Shown piece by piece: positions 63,753 to 64,000 of a stretch of DNA of 64,000 bases. A model generated the notes under the pieces. That model saw nothing but the letters and a program-made list of their open reading frames with translations. It was not told where the DNA came from and ran no database searches. Every line of letters begins with the position of its first letter. Within the stretch, counting starts at the first letter, position 1. Origin of the DNA: Lama guanicoe (Eukaryota); the NCBI GenBank assembly GCA_013239625.1, contig MU056029.1, positions 620,001 through 684,000 of the forward strand, written 5' to 3'. Made by a program: the position numbers and the translations under genes.

Positions 63753-64000
63753 TTTCTTGTGAGCCAAATACAGCCCCGTCCCTGCTCTCCATCAGCCCCA
63801 AGGCCCCCGATGACAGACACACCTGGGAGAATACAAAAGCGCCACCTACTCAGATTTGCCAGCTCAGGGTCAGCTAAGATGACACCCAAGGGTGTCAGCC
63901 AAGAGATGGGTGTAGTGGGGAAAACAGGCCATGAAAGTGAAAAAGTCTGTTGGTGAGGGCGTGTGCTCTGGAGAGTCCTCGGCACATGAGCCCGAGCAGT

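Noticed and set aside
1..64000. Prokaryotic-type systems (CRISPR arrays, operons, IS elements)
   Set aside because: The sequence is mammalian, with no regularly spaced repeat-spacer array or dense coding.

Overview
This is mammalian, non-genic-looking genomic DNA, most likely camelid, because it carries eight copies of a tRNA-Ala-derived SINE resembling the camelid Vic-1 family. I found no protein-coding gene, RNA gene or intact transposon ORF that I can support. The ORF track is almost entirely chance ORFs or decayed LINE-1 ORF2 pieces. The window is a layered transposon landscape of old L1/L2/MIR/MER58 pieces plus about 22 LTR-class elements (roughly 11.8 kb, about 18% by my hand tally). 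These include seven solo LTRs of one ERV1-like family, three of a second and two of a third, most with checkable 4-bp target-site duplications (TSDs). The most notable observations are: (1) a decayed retroviral pol-end/env relic at about 27.75-29.36 kb, split by a younger LTR; (2) three RFX X-box motifs at 53.2, 55.9 and 59.3 kb, two next to MYB-type sites, together with a minus-strand LTR bias, which suggests a possible germline non-coding (lncRNA or piRNA-cluster-like) locus; (3) a perfect hairpin overlapping the poly(A) signal of the LTR at the window start; (4) a TSD-flanked L1 5'-end-only insertion; and (5) an 88-bp local duplication carrying an ETS motif. Repeat family names come from remembered consensus similarity, not from a database search. 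Boundaries of old repeats are approximate.
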